Of a stretch of 32,000 nucleotides of DNA, positions 1-8,536 are shown one piece after another; position 1 is the first letter of the stretch; every line of letters starts with the position of its first letter. The DNA is from Desulfobacterales bacterium (GTDB lineage Bacteria; Desulfobacterota; Desulfobacteria; Desulfobacterales; JAFDDL01), in NCBI GenBank assembly GCA_963675725.2, contig CAXXXZ010000003.1, positions 487,626 to 519,625 on the forward strand, read 5' to 3'. The notes under the pieces were generated by a model. The model saw only the letters and a list, made by a program, of their open reading frames with translations, searched no databases and had not been told where the DNA came from. The position numbers and the translations under genes were made by a program.

Positions 1-1
1 C

Positions 2-904
2 CTCCCCCATGCCATTGAGATTGCCAATCAAACCGGCTATGGCCTGACCGCTGGGCTGGAAAGCCTCGACCCCCGTGACCATAAACTTTGGCAGCACAAC
101 ATGCGGGCTGGCAATCTCTACATTAACCGTGAAACCACTGGCGCCATCGTCCTTCGGCAACCCTTTGGCGGTATGGGAAAATCCGCTATCGGGGCCGGCA
201 TCAAGGTGGGTGGCCCCAATTATGTCTCCCAGTTTATGGACCTTGAGGAAACATCCCCGCCCCCTGTTGGTGCTATTGGAAAAGGCCATCGCCTCCTGAG
301 GTTGGCCCACCTATGGGAGCAGAAACTCTCCTATGGTGAAGAAAGCGACCACGCCGAGGAACTAAGAAAAACCGTTTTTGCCATCAAGAGCTACCTCTTT
401 CAATTCGAGACAGAATTTTCATGCAGAAAAGACTACTTCCATCTTCGAGGTCAGGACAACCATCTGCGGTACCTTCCCATTGGTAACGTCGCTGTCCGCG
501 TCCATAAAGAAGATACCTTATTTGATGTCCTGGCCCGCATCGCAGCCGCTGAAATAGCAGGATGTAGCCCAACTCTGAGCCTACCGAAAGATTTAAAAAA
601 CAACATCTCTGACTTTTTGGCCAGCACTGATGGGAAACGGTTTTTAGGCAATACCCCAGTTATGGAACAGGCCGATGAAGCCCTCGTCGCTACAATTCCT
701 AAACTTCAGCGAATTCGATACGCCGCCCCTGATCGGGCCCCTGCATTGGTGTTGTTTGAAGCCGCCAAAACCGGTTTCCACATCTCCCGCACGCCGGTTT
801 ATATGGAAGGCCGCATCGAACTCATCCAGTATTTCCGGGAGCAGAGCATCAGCCATAATTATCATCGATATGGGAATTTAGGAGAACGGGCGTTATTACC
901 ATAA
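2..904 (+). CDS. putA: C-terminal part of a proline dehydrogenase / 1-pyrroline-5-carboxylate dehydrogenase-type aldehyde dehydrogenase (5' end outside the window)
   Basis: The frame is open from base 2 (LPHAIEIANQTGYGLTAGLESLDPRDHKLWQHNMRAGNLYINRETTGAIVLRQPFGGMGKSAIGAGIKVGGPNYVSQF), which is the conserved C-terminal ALDH/P5CDH signature. About 220 further residues follow, as in long PutA proteins. Stop TAA at 902-904. Confidence 0.7.
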   Translation, partial: LPHAIEIANQTGYGLTAGLESLDPRDHKLWQHNMRAGNLYINRETTGAIVLRQPFGGMGKSAIGAGIKVGGPNYVSQFMDLEETSPPPVGAIGKGHRLLRLAHLWEQKLSYGEESDHAEELRKTVFAIKSYLFQFETEFSCRKDYFHLRGQDNHLRYLPIGNVAVRVHKEDTLFDVLARIAAAEIAGCSPTLSLPKDLKNNISDFLASTDGKRFLGNTPVMEQADEALVATIPKLQRIRYAAPDRAPALVLFEAAKTGFHISRTPVYMEGRIELIQYFREQSISHNYHRYGNLGERALLP

Positions 905-934
905 ATAGTGCCCGTTTCAAGCCAAAAACTTTGA

Positions 935-963
935 TTTCCCCTCCCCGACAAGGGGAGGGGAAA
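935..963. terminator. Perfect GC-rich hairpin between convergent genes, probably a bidirectional terminator
   Basis: TTTCCCCTCCCC-GACAA-GGGGAGGGGAAA forms a 12-bp perfect stem with a 5-nt loop and T/A runs on both sides. It lies between the putA-like stop (904) and the stop of the minus-strand gene (1014). Confidence 0.7.
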
Positions 964-1013
964 TTTCCGATGTAGGACAGAGTTGAAGATAATCCTTGCA
1001 CCCTCAACTAAAA

Positions 1014-1523
1014 TTAAAAATCTGAAATCAGCGCATATCCATTAAGCTGGTACCCGATCGCAGATATCCACCCATTATCCACCTTGTTAATCTCCGGCAG
1101 GATAGAGTCAGGATCAATCCCCATCAACTCCACCGCGGCCACGCAAATCTCAAGTTTGATCCCGTCTTTTGCCATCTTTGAAACTATACCGGCAATGGTA
1201 TCCAAATGGGCTGCTGCCTCTGGCGCCAGGCCTTCCCTGGTTTTCGACACCAATTTAACGGCCGGCCCCATAAAAACAACAATAACCTCTGGTTTCTTTG
1301 AATTGATGTGTAGATTGGGATCTTTGAACGTCTTGTGTATCAAATCCAGATGGACCGCAGCTACCTTTGGATTTCCCACCCTCACATCAAACACTGCCCT
1401 GACCGAATCGAGCCCTTTCAGGGCATTGTACTGACTGGCAAAAGAGCTTACCGGCAATAGCAACCCGATCGCCACTGCAATAATAAGGTATTGTAATCTT
1501 TTGTTGTTATATTTTAAATTCAT
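1014..1523 (-). CDS. DsrE/DsrF-like family protein with an N-terminal Sec signal peptide (periplasmic)
   Basis: 169 aa. The N-terminus has a hydrophobic core and SFA-SQ cleavage-like site (MNLKYNNKRLQYLIIAVAIGLLLPVSSFASQ). The body (VRAVFDVRVGNP...VIVVFMGPAV...LEICVAAVELMGI) resembles COG1416 DsrE-like proteins. Confidence 0.7.
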   Translation of the reverse strand: MNLKYNNKRLQYLIIAVAIGLLLPVSSFASQYNALKGLDSVRAVFDVRVGNPKVAAVHLDLIHKTFKDPNLHINSKKPEVIVVFMGPAVKLVSKTREGLAPEAAAHLDTIAGIVSKMAKDGIKLEICVAAVELMGIDPDSILPEINKVDNGWISAIGYQLNGYALISDF

Positions 1524-1728
1524 ATGGGTTCCTTCTTATATTCGAACTGTAAGGTATTCATTTTTTCGAAAGGCTGTTTCTGACACGTATACAAAGAACA
1601 TAGGGATTCAAATCAAAATCACAACCCCATAGAGTTGTTATGGACATATGATTATGGCATAATTCCAATACCAAACAGGTAAATACCTATCGATTTTTGT
1701 CATTTTATTTTTCTAACAGGAGATTGAT

Positions 1729-2544
1729 ATGTTGGATCTTTTTTCTGGACTGCATCCGATCTACCAGGCCCTGATCGCCACCTTGTTTACCTGGTTTATG
1801 ACCGCAGCAGGCGCTGCGTTGGTTTTTTTCTTCAAAACTATCCAGAAAACCTTTCTGGATGCCATGCTCGGGTTTGCTGCCGGCGTCATGATTGCTGCCT
1901 CCTACTGGTCCCTGCTGGCACCGGCAATCGAAATGGCAGAAAACGCCGCCGCCCTGCCGGCCTGGGTACCGGCGACCTCGGGATTTCTGCTTGGCGGCGC
2001 ATTTCTCTGGATTGTCGATAAACTGCTGCCCCACCTTCATCCTGGCTTTCCAAAGGAAGAGGCAGAGGGCATCACCACCAGTTGGCGGCGAAGTGTTTTA
2101 CTCATCCTGGCGATTACAATTCATAACGTCCCCGAAGGCTTGGCCGTTGGTGTGGCTTTTGGGGCGCTGGCAGCCGACCTGCCCTCCGCTTCCCTGGGTG
2201 CAGCCATGGCGCTGGCGCTCGGTATTGGTATTCAAAACTTCCCCGAGGGAACAGCGGTGTCGGTCCCCCTTCGCCGGGAAGGTTTTTCCAGATTTAGAAG
2301 CTTTTGGTACGGTCAGTTGTCCGGAGTTGTAGAGCCGGTTGCCGGTGTTGTAGGGGCCGTTCTAGTGGTCTTCATGGAACCCATGCTACCCTATGCCCTC
2401 TCCTTTGCAGCCGGTGCCATGATTTATGTGGTGGTAGAAGAACTGATTCCCGAATCTCAACATGAAAAGCACACCGATGTGGCCACTGTCGGCGCCATGA
2501 TGGGATTTGCCGTGATGATGACCCTTGATGTTGCGTTGGGATAG
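1729..2544 (+). CDS. zupT: ZIP family divalent metal (zinc) transporter
   Basis: 271 aa polytopic membrane protein with the ZIP signatures [14 protein letters not shown] and [15 protein letters not shown] sits 7 nt upstream of the ATG. Confidence 0.85.
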   Translation: MLDLFSGLHPIYQALIATLFTWFMTAAGAALVFFFKTIQKTFLDAMLGFAAGVMIAASYWSLLAPAIEMAENAAALPAWVPATSGFLLGGAFLWIVDKLLPHLHPGFPKEEAEGITTSWRRSVLLILAITIHNVPEGLAVGVAFGALAADLPSASLGAAMALALGIGIQNFPEGTAVSVPLRREGFSRFRSFWYGQLSGVVEPVAGVVGAVLVVFMEPMLPYALSFAAGAMIYVVVEELIPESQHEKHTDVATVGAMMGFAVMMTLDVALG

Positions 2545-2626
2545 AGCGTTGCGACTTTTTGCCTTACTGGCTCAATATGGTCGGTAAATATAGGTCTCCA
2601 CGCTGCTTCTGTTTCTAAAGACAATA

Positions 2627-2824
2627 TTAGCCGTGAATGGCCTTAACCCGGCCCACAAGGCCGCTTTCCAAACGAACCTTGATCCCGTGAGGGTGTGTGG
2701 CAGATTTGGTCAGAATCGTCTGAACAACGCCGTCGGTAAGTTTTCCGGTTCTCTGATCCTTCTTTAAAACAATAGAAACTTTCAGGCCGGCTCTTATATC
2801 GGATCTTTTGGTTCCGCCTGGCAT
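2627..2824 (-). CDS. ywbE: YwbE family small protein (DUF2196)
   Basis: 65 aa. KRSDIRAGLKVSIVLKKDQRTGKLTDGVVQTILTKSATHPHGIKVRLESGLVGRV closely matches the YwbE family pattern as I remember it. Confidence 0.8.
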   Translation of the reverse strand: MPGGTKRSDIRAGLKVSIVLKKDQRTGKLTDGVVQTILTKSATHPHGIKVRLESGLVGRVKAIHG

Positions 2825-2845
2825 TTTAAAATTCCTTCATTGCTT

Positions 2846-3520
2846 TTAGGGTTTTTCTGCAATCCAGATGGTGTGTCGGCTTCCCTTTCCAGGCTTGTGG
2901 GCTCTCACCGAGGTGATTTCTGTTTTAAATCCACACTGTTTAAGGCGATGGGTAAATGCCTCGTCTGAAACGCAGGACCATACGGATAAAACGCCTCCGG
3001 GACAAAGTGCCGAAAAGGCTGCGTTAAGACCGGCGTTGCTGTAAAGGTAATTATTGGCTTTTCGTGCGAGCCCATCGGGGCCATTGTCTACATCAAGTAG
3101 TATTGCATTCCAGATGGATTTCCCTTGCCTGATGGTTTTCGCGACATCTTCTTCTTTTACAGTTACCCGGGGATCCTCTAACGGCATGCCCGCTAAATGT
3201 CCCAAGTGCTCTCGGTTCCATTTGACCACTGCTGGGATCAGCTCGACGACAGTGATTTGCGTCCTTGGCTCTGCTCGTGCAAGCGCAGCCGCCAGCGTGT
3301 AGCCCATGCCGAGGCCTCCGATAAGAATTTTCTGGCCGGAGGTTCGTTTCATTCGATTGCAGCTGAACTTGGCCAGCGCGTCTTCAGAGCCGTGGCGGCG
3401 GCTATTCATCAACTCAGTGCCTGCGATTCGAATCGAGAATTCCGCATCTCGTTTCAAAAGGGTGACGTCACCATTCCCCCCAGGTATTTCCGCCCGATCA
3501 ATTTCCGCCCAGGGAATCAC
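2846..3520 (-). CDS. Spermidine-synthase-like class I SAM-dependent methyltransferase-fold protein
   Basis: 224 aa. Glycine-rich SAM/dcSAM loop ILIGGLGMGYT, then VVELIPAVV and ILLDVDNGP, typical of polyamine aminopropyltransferase-like proteins. Confidence 0.65.
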   Translation of the reverse strand: MIPWAEIDRAEIPGGNGDVTLLKRDAEFSIRIAGTELMNSRRHGSEDALAKFSCNRMKRTSGQKILIGGLGMGYTLAAALARAEPRTQITVVELIPAVVKWNREHLGHLAGMPLEDPRVTVKEEDVAKTIRQGKSIWNAILLDVDNGPDGLARKANNYLYSNAGLNAAFSALCPGGVLSVWSCVSDEAFTHRLKQCGFKTEITSVRAHKPGKGSRHTIWIAEKP

Positions 3521-3557
3521 GCGTCTTTCCTTAGCTGATAGATTGTTTGCAGCATTT

Positions 3558-4037
3558 TCATGTCGTCTCTTTTCTCAGTGCCGCCCTCGAAGCTCTATCC
3601 ACAAGCGTAAAAAACCGATCTATCTGATTCTTCTGGTTCGAAACCTGATGGCCATGCACTTTAATAAAATCACAGCCCAAACGATCGGTTACAGCATAAA
3701 AATCCCGATAGAGTTCAAAATTATTAAGGCGTCGTTTTTTTTTTGAGCAGTAATCATTTTTTTCAAACCGATCGCGCCGTCCTTGTAATCCCATGATGCT
3801 TTGTGAGTCCGTATATGCAACGATTCGGCACTCATATGAACGGATATCGGTTAGGGCCCAAATGATTGTCTGTAATTCCAGTTTGGTAGAGGATGTGTGC
3901 GCAAAACGCTTCAATTTCACGCGCGTTTTTAAAAAATCTATCGGTAAATTCATATCAGATACTGCAAGGTAGGCCCCAAATCCGGTGTTCGTTTGAGGGT
4001 TCACACTACCATCGACAAATAGCATCAGGTCATCCAT
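3558..4037 (-). CDS. Ribonuclease H (type 1) domain protein
   Basis: 159 aa. RNase H catalytic pattern FVDGS ... ELQTIIWAL ... YTDSQ ... VHGHQ...N..D. The gene sits in an AT-richer pocket. Confidence 0.7.
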   Translation of the reverse strand: MDDLMLFVDGSVNPQTNTGFGAYLAVSDMNLPIDFLKTRVKLKRFAHTSSTKLELQTIIWALTDIRSYECRIVAYTDSQSIMGLQGRRDRFEKNDYCSKKKRRLNNFELYRDFYAVTDRLGCDFIKVHGHQVSNQKNQIDRFFTLVDRASRAALRKETT

Positions 4038-4058
4038 AATGTTCTCGATTAAAAGTAG

Positions 4059-5042
4059 CTATTGTCCATGCTGAAAAGAAGAAAGGGTTATTGCCGGGTG
4101 CATAACGTGCTGCTGCTGAAAGGGGGTACATACCCCTACCTGGTAGACTGCCGGCAGCACCTTATAGATACGGTTAAACGTTTCCGGGATGCAGGCAAAC
4201 AAGAGCTCATAGTCCTCACCACCTGCCAAAGCCATCTCCAATGGATTCAAACCATGTTTCCCGCAAAAAACAGATAGGTCCTTATCGACTCCGATGCCTT
4301 CCAAATTGAGCGAAATCGTCACGTGGGAAGCCTTTGCCATATGTTTTGCGTCGCCGGAGAGGCCGTCGCTGATGTCCATGAGGCACGAAACACCGTGCCG
4401 GGCCAACACGGCTGCCGCATCAAACCGGGCCCGGGGAAATTTAAAACAGTCCACAAGGGATGAAAAATTTTTATCCCCCGACTTTAGGGCTTCAAGTCCG
4501 CCCCGGGAACGCCCAAGGGGGCCTGTAACATAAACACCAAACCCCGGCTGTGCCGCCGATCGCTTGGGAAAAACGTCCTCGCGCCCCTCACCAATGGCAA
4601 AAAGATCCAGGGACAACTCGCTGCCGCGGGACACATTCCCCCCTCCCAAACTGCATCGATAGTGTGCCAGCTCATCTGCAATACCTCTGTACAGGGCCTC
4701 AACATAGCGTACCGATAGGGTGGGGGGTAAGGACAAATTGACAAACAGCGCCACCGGTCGGGCATAGGAGGCTGCCAAATCACTGAGGGTTATGGCAACT
4801 GCCTTTTTCCCGATCTCCTCGGGCCGCTGCCACGCGGTTTTGAAATGGACATTCTCCTTTTGCGTGTCCGTGGTGATTATTGGCCGGGCGAGGGACGCCA
4901 ACAGGCAAGCATCATCACCGGCCGGCTCACGAACTGTGCCGGAAAGGTTTAACACCTTTTTTGAGGTATCCAGCAGCGTTCGAATCAGGTCAAATTCGTC
5001 CTGCCAGGGGCGGTCATCGCCATGGTGGCACAGGTCGCTCAA
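4059..5042 (-). CDS. thiL: Thiamine-monophosphate kinase
   Basis: 327 aa with AIR-synthase/ThiL family motifs (GDDACLL, ITTDTQKENVHF, LSDLAASYARP, GGEDYELLF). The start is a TTG at 5042, so the exact start is uncertain. Confidence 0.8.
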   Translation of the reverse strand: MSDLCHHGDDRPWQDEFDLIRTLLDTSKKVLNLSGTVREPAGDDACLLASLARPIITTDTQKENVHFKTAWQRPEEIGKKAVAITLSDLAASYARPVALFVNLSLPPTLSVRYVEALYRGIADELAHYRCSLGGGNVSRGSELSLDLFAIGEGREDVFPKRSAAQPGFGVYVTGPLGRSRGGLEALKSGDKNFSSLVDCFKFPRARFDAAAVLARHGVSCLMDISDGLSGDAKHMAKASHVTISLNLEGIGVDKDLSVFCGKHGLNPLEMALAGGEDYELLFACIPETFNRIYKVLPAVYQVGVCTPFQQQHVMHPAITLSSFQHGQ

Positions 5043-5093
5043 AACGTCGCTCCCGAAAAATTATGCCTAAAAATTATGATGGAGATGCGGCTT

Positions 5094-5678
5094 TTAATAC
5101 GGCCGGTCCTCAGCAACCGCGCTCTCATTCGCCAAGCCGAACGCCTTGTCCCAGGCCAGAAAGAGTTCGCCCTTTTCCTGCCCGTAAGGCACCAACCCCT
5201 TTACAATGTCCGGCACCTTCTTTTCAGCGCCATTGCCATTGGCCGATTTTGAAAAAAATTTGTCCGCATAGCAAATCAGCTTTTCCTCAATGGTCTGAGG
5301 CACCATGTCCCGCTGGGGCAGAGGAAGCCTAAACTGGCGCACTTCCGAAGCAAATATCCCAACCCCGACATGGCGTTCGCACACCAATCCATGGCGTACC
5401 AACCCCTTTTCCACCAGCAAATCTCGTCCCAGATATCCATGGCAGAGATAGGGATGGGTACCGGTGCATCCTAAATCTGGCGTGTTGGTCAAAAAAATAC
5501 CAATATCATGAAGCATGGCCGCCTCTTCGATAAATTCGAGGTCAGGATATAAATGTTGTACCGCCTCAGCAGCCGCCAGTGCTTTTTGGGCAACCTGTTG
5601 CCCATGCTTTACAAGAAGTTGAAACGCCTTGGACGCAGGATCGTAAAATTCTTTTATGACTTCAACCGGGTCCATCAT
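5094..5678 (-). CDS. HD-domain metal-dependent phosphohydrolase
   Basis: 194 aa with the HD signature [10 protein letters not shown] and further His residues (CHGYLG, CERHVG). Its start overlaps the prfB stop by 4 nt (ATGA). Confidence 0.7.
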   Translation of the reverse strand: MMDPVEVIKEFYDPASKAFQLLVKHGQQVAQKALAAAEAVQHLYPDLEFIEEAAMLHDIGIFLTNTPDLGCTGTHPYLCHGYLGRDLLVEKGLVRHGLVCERHVGVGIFASEVRQFRLPLPQRDMVPQTIEEKLICYADKFFSKSANGNGAEKKVPDIVKGLVPYGQEKGELFLAWDKAFGLANESAVAEDRPY

Positions 5679-6774
5679 TTTTTCTTTGCCAGCAGCGCGC
5701 CTTCAATAAACGTATCCAAATCACCGTCCAACACGGCATTGACATTACCGACATCCACATTGAGCCGGTGGTCTTTCACCATCTGATAGGGGTGAAGCAC
5801 ATAGGAGCGGATCTGGCTGCCCCAGGCGATATCATCCTTGCCGTCGTGGAGTTCCTGAAGCTTTTCCCGTTCTTTTTCCTGTTCCTGCTGATAAAGTCTA
5901 GCCTTTAAAACCTTCATGGCAAGATCTTTATTTCGATGCTGTGATTTTTCCTGCTGGCATTGCACCACAATTCCGGAGGGAAGATGCGTAATTCGAACGG
6001 CACTGCTGGTTTTGTTGACATGTTGCCCCCCGGCACCACTGGCCCGAAACACATCGATCCGCAAATCCTTTTCCGCAATGTCGATATTGATTTCCTTGTC
6101 CAGTTCGGGATAGACAAACACCGAAGCAAATGATGTATGGCGTTTACCGCTGGCATTAAAAGGAGAAATGCGGACCAACCGATGCACACCGATTTCAGTT
6201 TTAAGACGACCATAGGCATAGATACCACTGGCGGTAAACGTAACACTCTTGATGCCCGCTTCATCACCGGGGTTGCAAATCAATCAACTCATACTTGTAT
6301 CCCTTTTGCTCAACCCAGCGAAGGTACATACGAAAGAGCATTTCCGCCCAATCCTGGGCCTCGGTGCCGCCGGCCCCGGCATTGATCGAAACAATAGCAT
6401 TGTTCTGGTCATCCTCACCACTGAGCATGAGATCAATTGACAGTTTCTTTATGCCTTTTCCAAGCGCTTTTACCTGGTCGGCCACCTCCTTGAGAGCATC
6501 TTCGTCATCCTCTTCTTCAGCCAGTTCCAGAAAGGCTTCACAATCTTCAATTTCATGACAAAAGGCTTCAAAACGATCGATCTGGTTTGAAATCGCCGTT
6601 CGTTCTTTCAGGATGGGCTTACTCTTTTCAGGATCGTCCCAGAATCCCTCCTGGGTAAGCATCGCCTCAATCTCATCGAGTCGGTTTTTCTTGTTAGCAG
6701 GGTCAAAGATAACCTCGTATCTGTTCTATTTGTGAATGAAGTTCCTTTAGTTCGGATTTCTGTTCGAATGACAT
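5675..6774 (-). CDS. prfB: Peptide chain release factor 2, with the canonical programmed +1 frameshift and a second apparent +1 frameshift in the body
   Basis: [23 protein letters not shown] then in-frame TGA (CTT TGA C). The +1 frame continues [24 protein letters not shown] ... [15 protein letters not shown] ... and later [11 protein letters not shown] ... [21 protein letters not shown] (the GGQ motif). The ATG at 6774 is 1 nt after the lnt stop. The body is split between ORFs 6264..6662 and 5675..6283. Confidence 0.9.
6703..6708 (-). other. Canonical RF2 autoregulatory +1 frameshift site CTT TGA C
   Basis: On the minus strand, ATA CGA GGT TAT CTT TGA CCC. Codon 23 is CTT (6708-6706) and the in-frame TGA is at 6705-6703. 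An SD-like GAGG lies a few nt upstream. The +1 frame gives GAC CCT GCT, continuing RF2. Confidence 0.9.
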
Positions 6775-6775
6775 G

Positions 6776-8356
6776 TTACCTTCTCCTCTGTGTTATGAGA
6801 TCAAACCGAGTTTTTATTAACAACCCGCACATCCAAATACAGCAAATGGCAGGCAGCCAATCGCCCCATTTACCATAGGTTGTTCGGATCTTCAATATGG
6901 GGATCGAACGGGTCAGCACACTGTCTTCAAAAAGCGGGGTACTGGCCTGAGTCACGCCGGTGGGGTCGATAATGCCGCTAATGCCCGTATTGGCCGAACG
7001 AACCACCGACCGCCGGTTCTCCACAGCCCGAAACACCGCCATTGAAAAAAGCTGAAAGGGTGCACTGGAGCGACCATACCATGCATCATTGGTAAGATTG
7101 AGAAGAACATCGGCCCCGTTGTTTACAATCTGCCGCGAAAACTTGGGGAATACCATTTCATAACATATCTGCACCCCCAACTGACGGTCTTTCCAGGGAA
7201 GCGTTTGTCCTTTTTTCCCCGGCTCAAAATCGCCCACCGCCGTCACCATTTTACCAATAAAGGGCAGCCACTTTTTCAGCGGAACATACTCACCAAAGGG
7301 AACCAAATGGGCCTTGTCATAGCGGCCGGCCACGGATCCCTCCGCATTTATCAGATACGCGCTGTTACGATATACAACCCCTTTTTTATGTTTTTCAAAA
7401 GACGGACTACCAACAAGAAAATCAATCCCGAGGGATTTCACCAATTCAATGACCCGGTCGGTATAAGGCTGCTCATTTCCGAAATAGAACACGGCCGCTG
7501 TTTCCGGCCAAACCACCAAATGGGGTGCCATTTCGCCCGCCCGCTTGGATAATGAAAGGTATTTATCAACTGTGCTCTCGATAAAGGCAGGGTTCCATTT
7601 TAAATCCTGCCGGATATTGCCTTGAACAACGGATACCCGCGTTGATGACGCATTCTCCATCTGTTGTTTAACAGCACTGATCCGATAATTTCCGTAGATA
7701 AAAGATCCACCAAAGACAAGGGCATAGCTCAGTACAACCGTGAGGATCTGCCGGCCGGAAATGCGATTTCGCTGCTGGTCGGTTTTCGAAAAATACCGCC
7801 ATACAATGAAAAGGCACCCATTTCCCATTGCGATCAGAAAGGAAACCCCATATGTTCCGAATATATCGGATATCTGAATAATTCGCAACGCCTTGTATTG
7901 GGAATAACCGAGGAGCGCCCAGGGAAAGCCTGTCAGAACCGTCGCGCGAATAAACTCCAGGGAAACCCATAGGGCCGGTACAATCATCATGGTACCAACC
8001 GGGGAATGGCATAGTTTTCGGGCCAGGGCTGAAAAGATCCCCACATAGGCCGCCAGATAGGTGGCAAAAAGCAGCAGCACCAGGGCACTGAGATACCAGG
8101 GCAATCCGCCATAGGTTCGCATGGTGTCCCCGATCCAGTACATCAGGGTCAAATAATGAACCACCCCCGCCACCAACCCCACCCTGAAACTGTCCCAAAC
8201 CGTAAGCCGCCGAATCGATACGAGCAACGGTACCAGAGAAACCCACGCCAGCAGGAAAAGATCGAATTTAGGAAATGCCGCCGTGAGCAAAAAACCACTC
8301 AGCCCGGCTCCAAAAAGATGCTGCCGCTGAATTTTCTCGATGGCCAATGGTTCCAA
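6776..8356 (-). CDS. lnt: Apolipoprotein N-acyltransferase
   Basis: 526 aa with a multi-span N-terminal membrane region followed by a CN-hydrolase domain (VVWPETA ... ICYE ... LLNLTNDAWYG). Confidence 0.9.
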   Translation of the reverse strand: MEPLAIEKIQRQHLFGAGLSGFLLTAAFPKFDLFLLAWVSLVPLLVSIRRLTVWDSFRVGLVAGVVHYLTLMYWIGDTMRTYGGLPWYLSALVLLLFATYLAAYVGIFSALARKLCHSPVGTMMIVPALWVSLEFIRATVLTGFPWALLGYSQYKALRIIQISDIFGTYGVSFLIAMGNGCLFIVWRYFSKTDQQRNRISGRQILTVVLSYALVFGGSFIYGNYRISAVKQQMENASSTRVSVVQGNIRQDLKWNPAFIESTVDKYLSLSKRAGEMAPHLVVWPETAAVFYFGNEQPYTDRVIELVKSLGIDFLVGSPSFEKHKKGVVYRNSAYLINAEGSVAGRYDKAHLVPFGEYVPLKKWLPFIGKMVTAVGDFEPGKKGQTLPWKDRQLGVQICYEMVFPKFSRQIVNNGADVLLNLTNDAWYGRSSAPFQLFSMAVFRAVENRRSVVRSANTGISGIIDPTGVTQASTPLFEDSVLTRSIPILKIRTTYGKWGDWLPAICCIWMCGLLIKTRFDLITQRRR

Positions 8357-8469
8357 CGTGAATCCTATTTTGCTTATATTGAGCGATAGCGGTTATGAAA
8401 GATATATTCCGCAAAACTTCACAAAAGCCAGGGCACGAACTCAACTTGAAATGCAGCCCGCAGTCACGT

Positions 8470-8510
8470 AAAAAAGCCGGTGGCGCATAATGCCCCCCCG
8501 GCTTTTTTTA
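8470..8510. terminator. Rho-independent, bidirectional-type terminator downstream of the nfnB-like gene
   Basis: AAAAAAGCCGGTGGC-GCATAAT-GCCCCCCCGGCTTTTTTTAA is a GC-rich stem flanked by an A-run and a T-run. It starts 27 nt after the minus-strand stop at 8537. Confidence 0.75.
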
Positions 8511-8536
8511 ATTCAATATCAGGGAAAAACCGCTCG

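Noticed and set aside
5043-5093. A possible TPP riboswitch or regulatory repeat upstream of thiL (AAAAATTATG occurs twice, at 5057-5066 and 5070-5079).
   Set aside because: The spacer is only 51 nt and lacks the THI-box core (CTGAGA...ACCTGA). The duplicated decamer is noted but is too short to interpret.
7668-8246. Long alternative-frame or antisense ORFs inside well-supported genes. Examples are 7668-8246 in lnt, 9447-9950 and 10084-10731 opposite nfnBA, 15982-16659 opposite ubiD, 18064-18750 opposite the acyl-CoA ligase, and 4484-4783 in thiL.
   Set aside because: They are shadow ORFs of GC-balanced coding regions. Their translations are Arg/Pro/Gly/Trp-rich and low-complexity, without motifs, and each fully overlaps a gene with clear family signatures.
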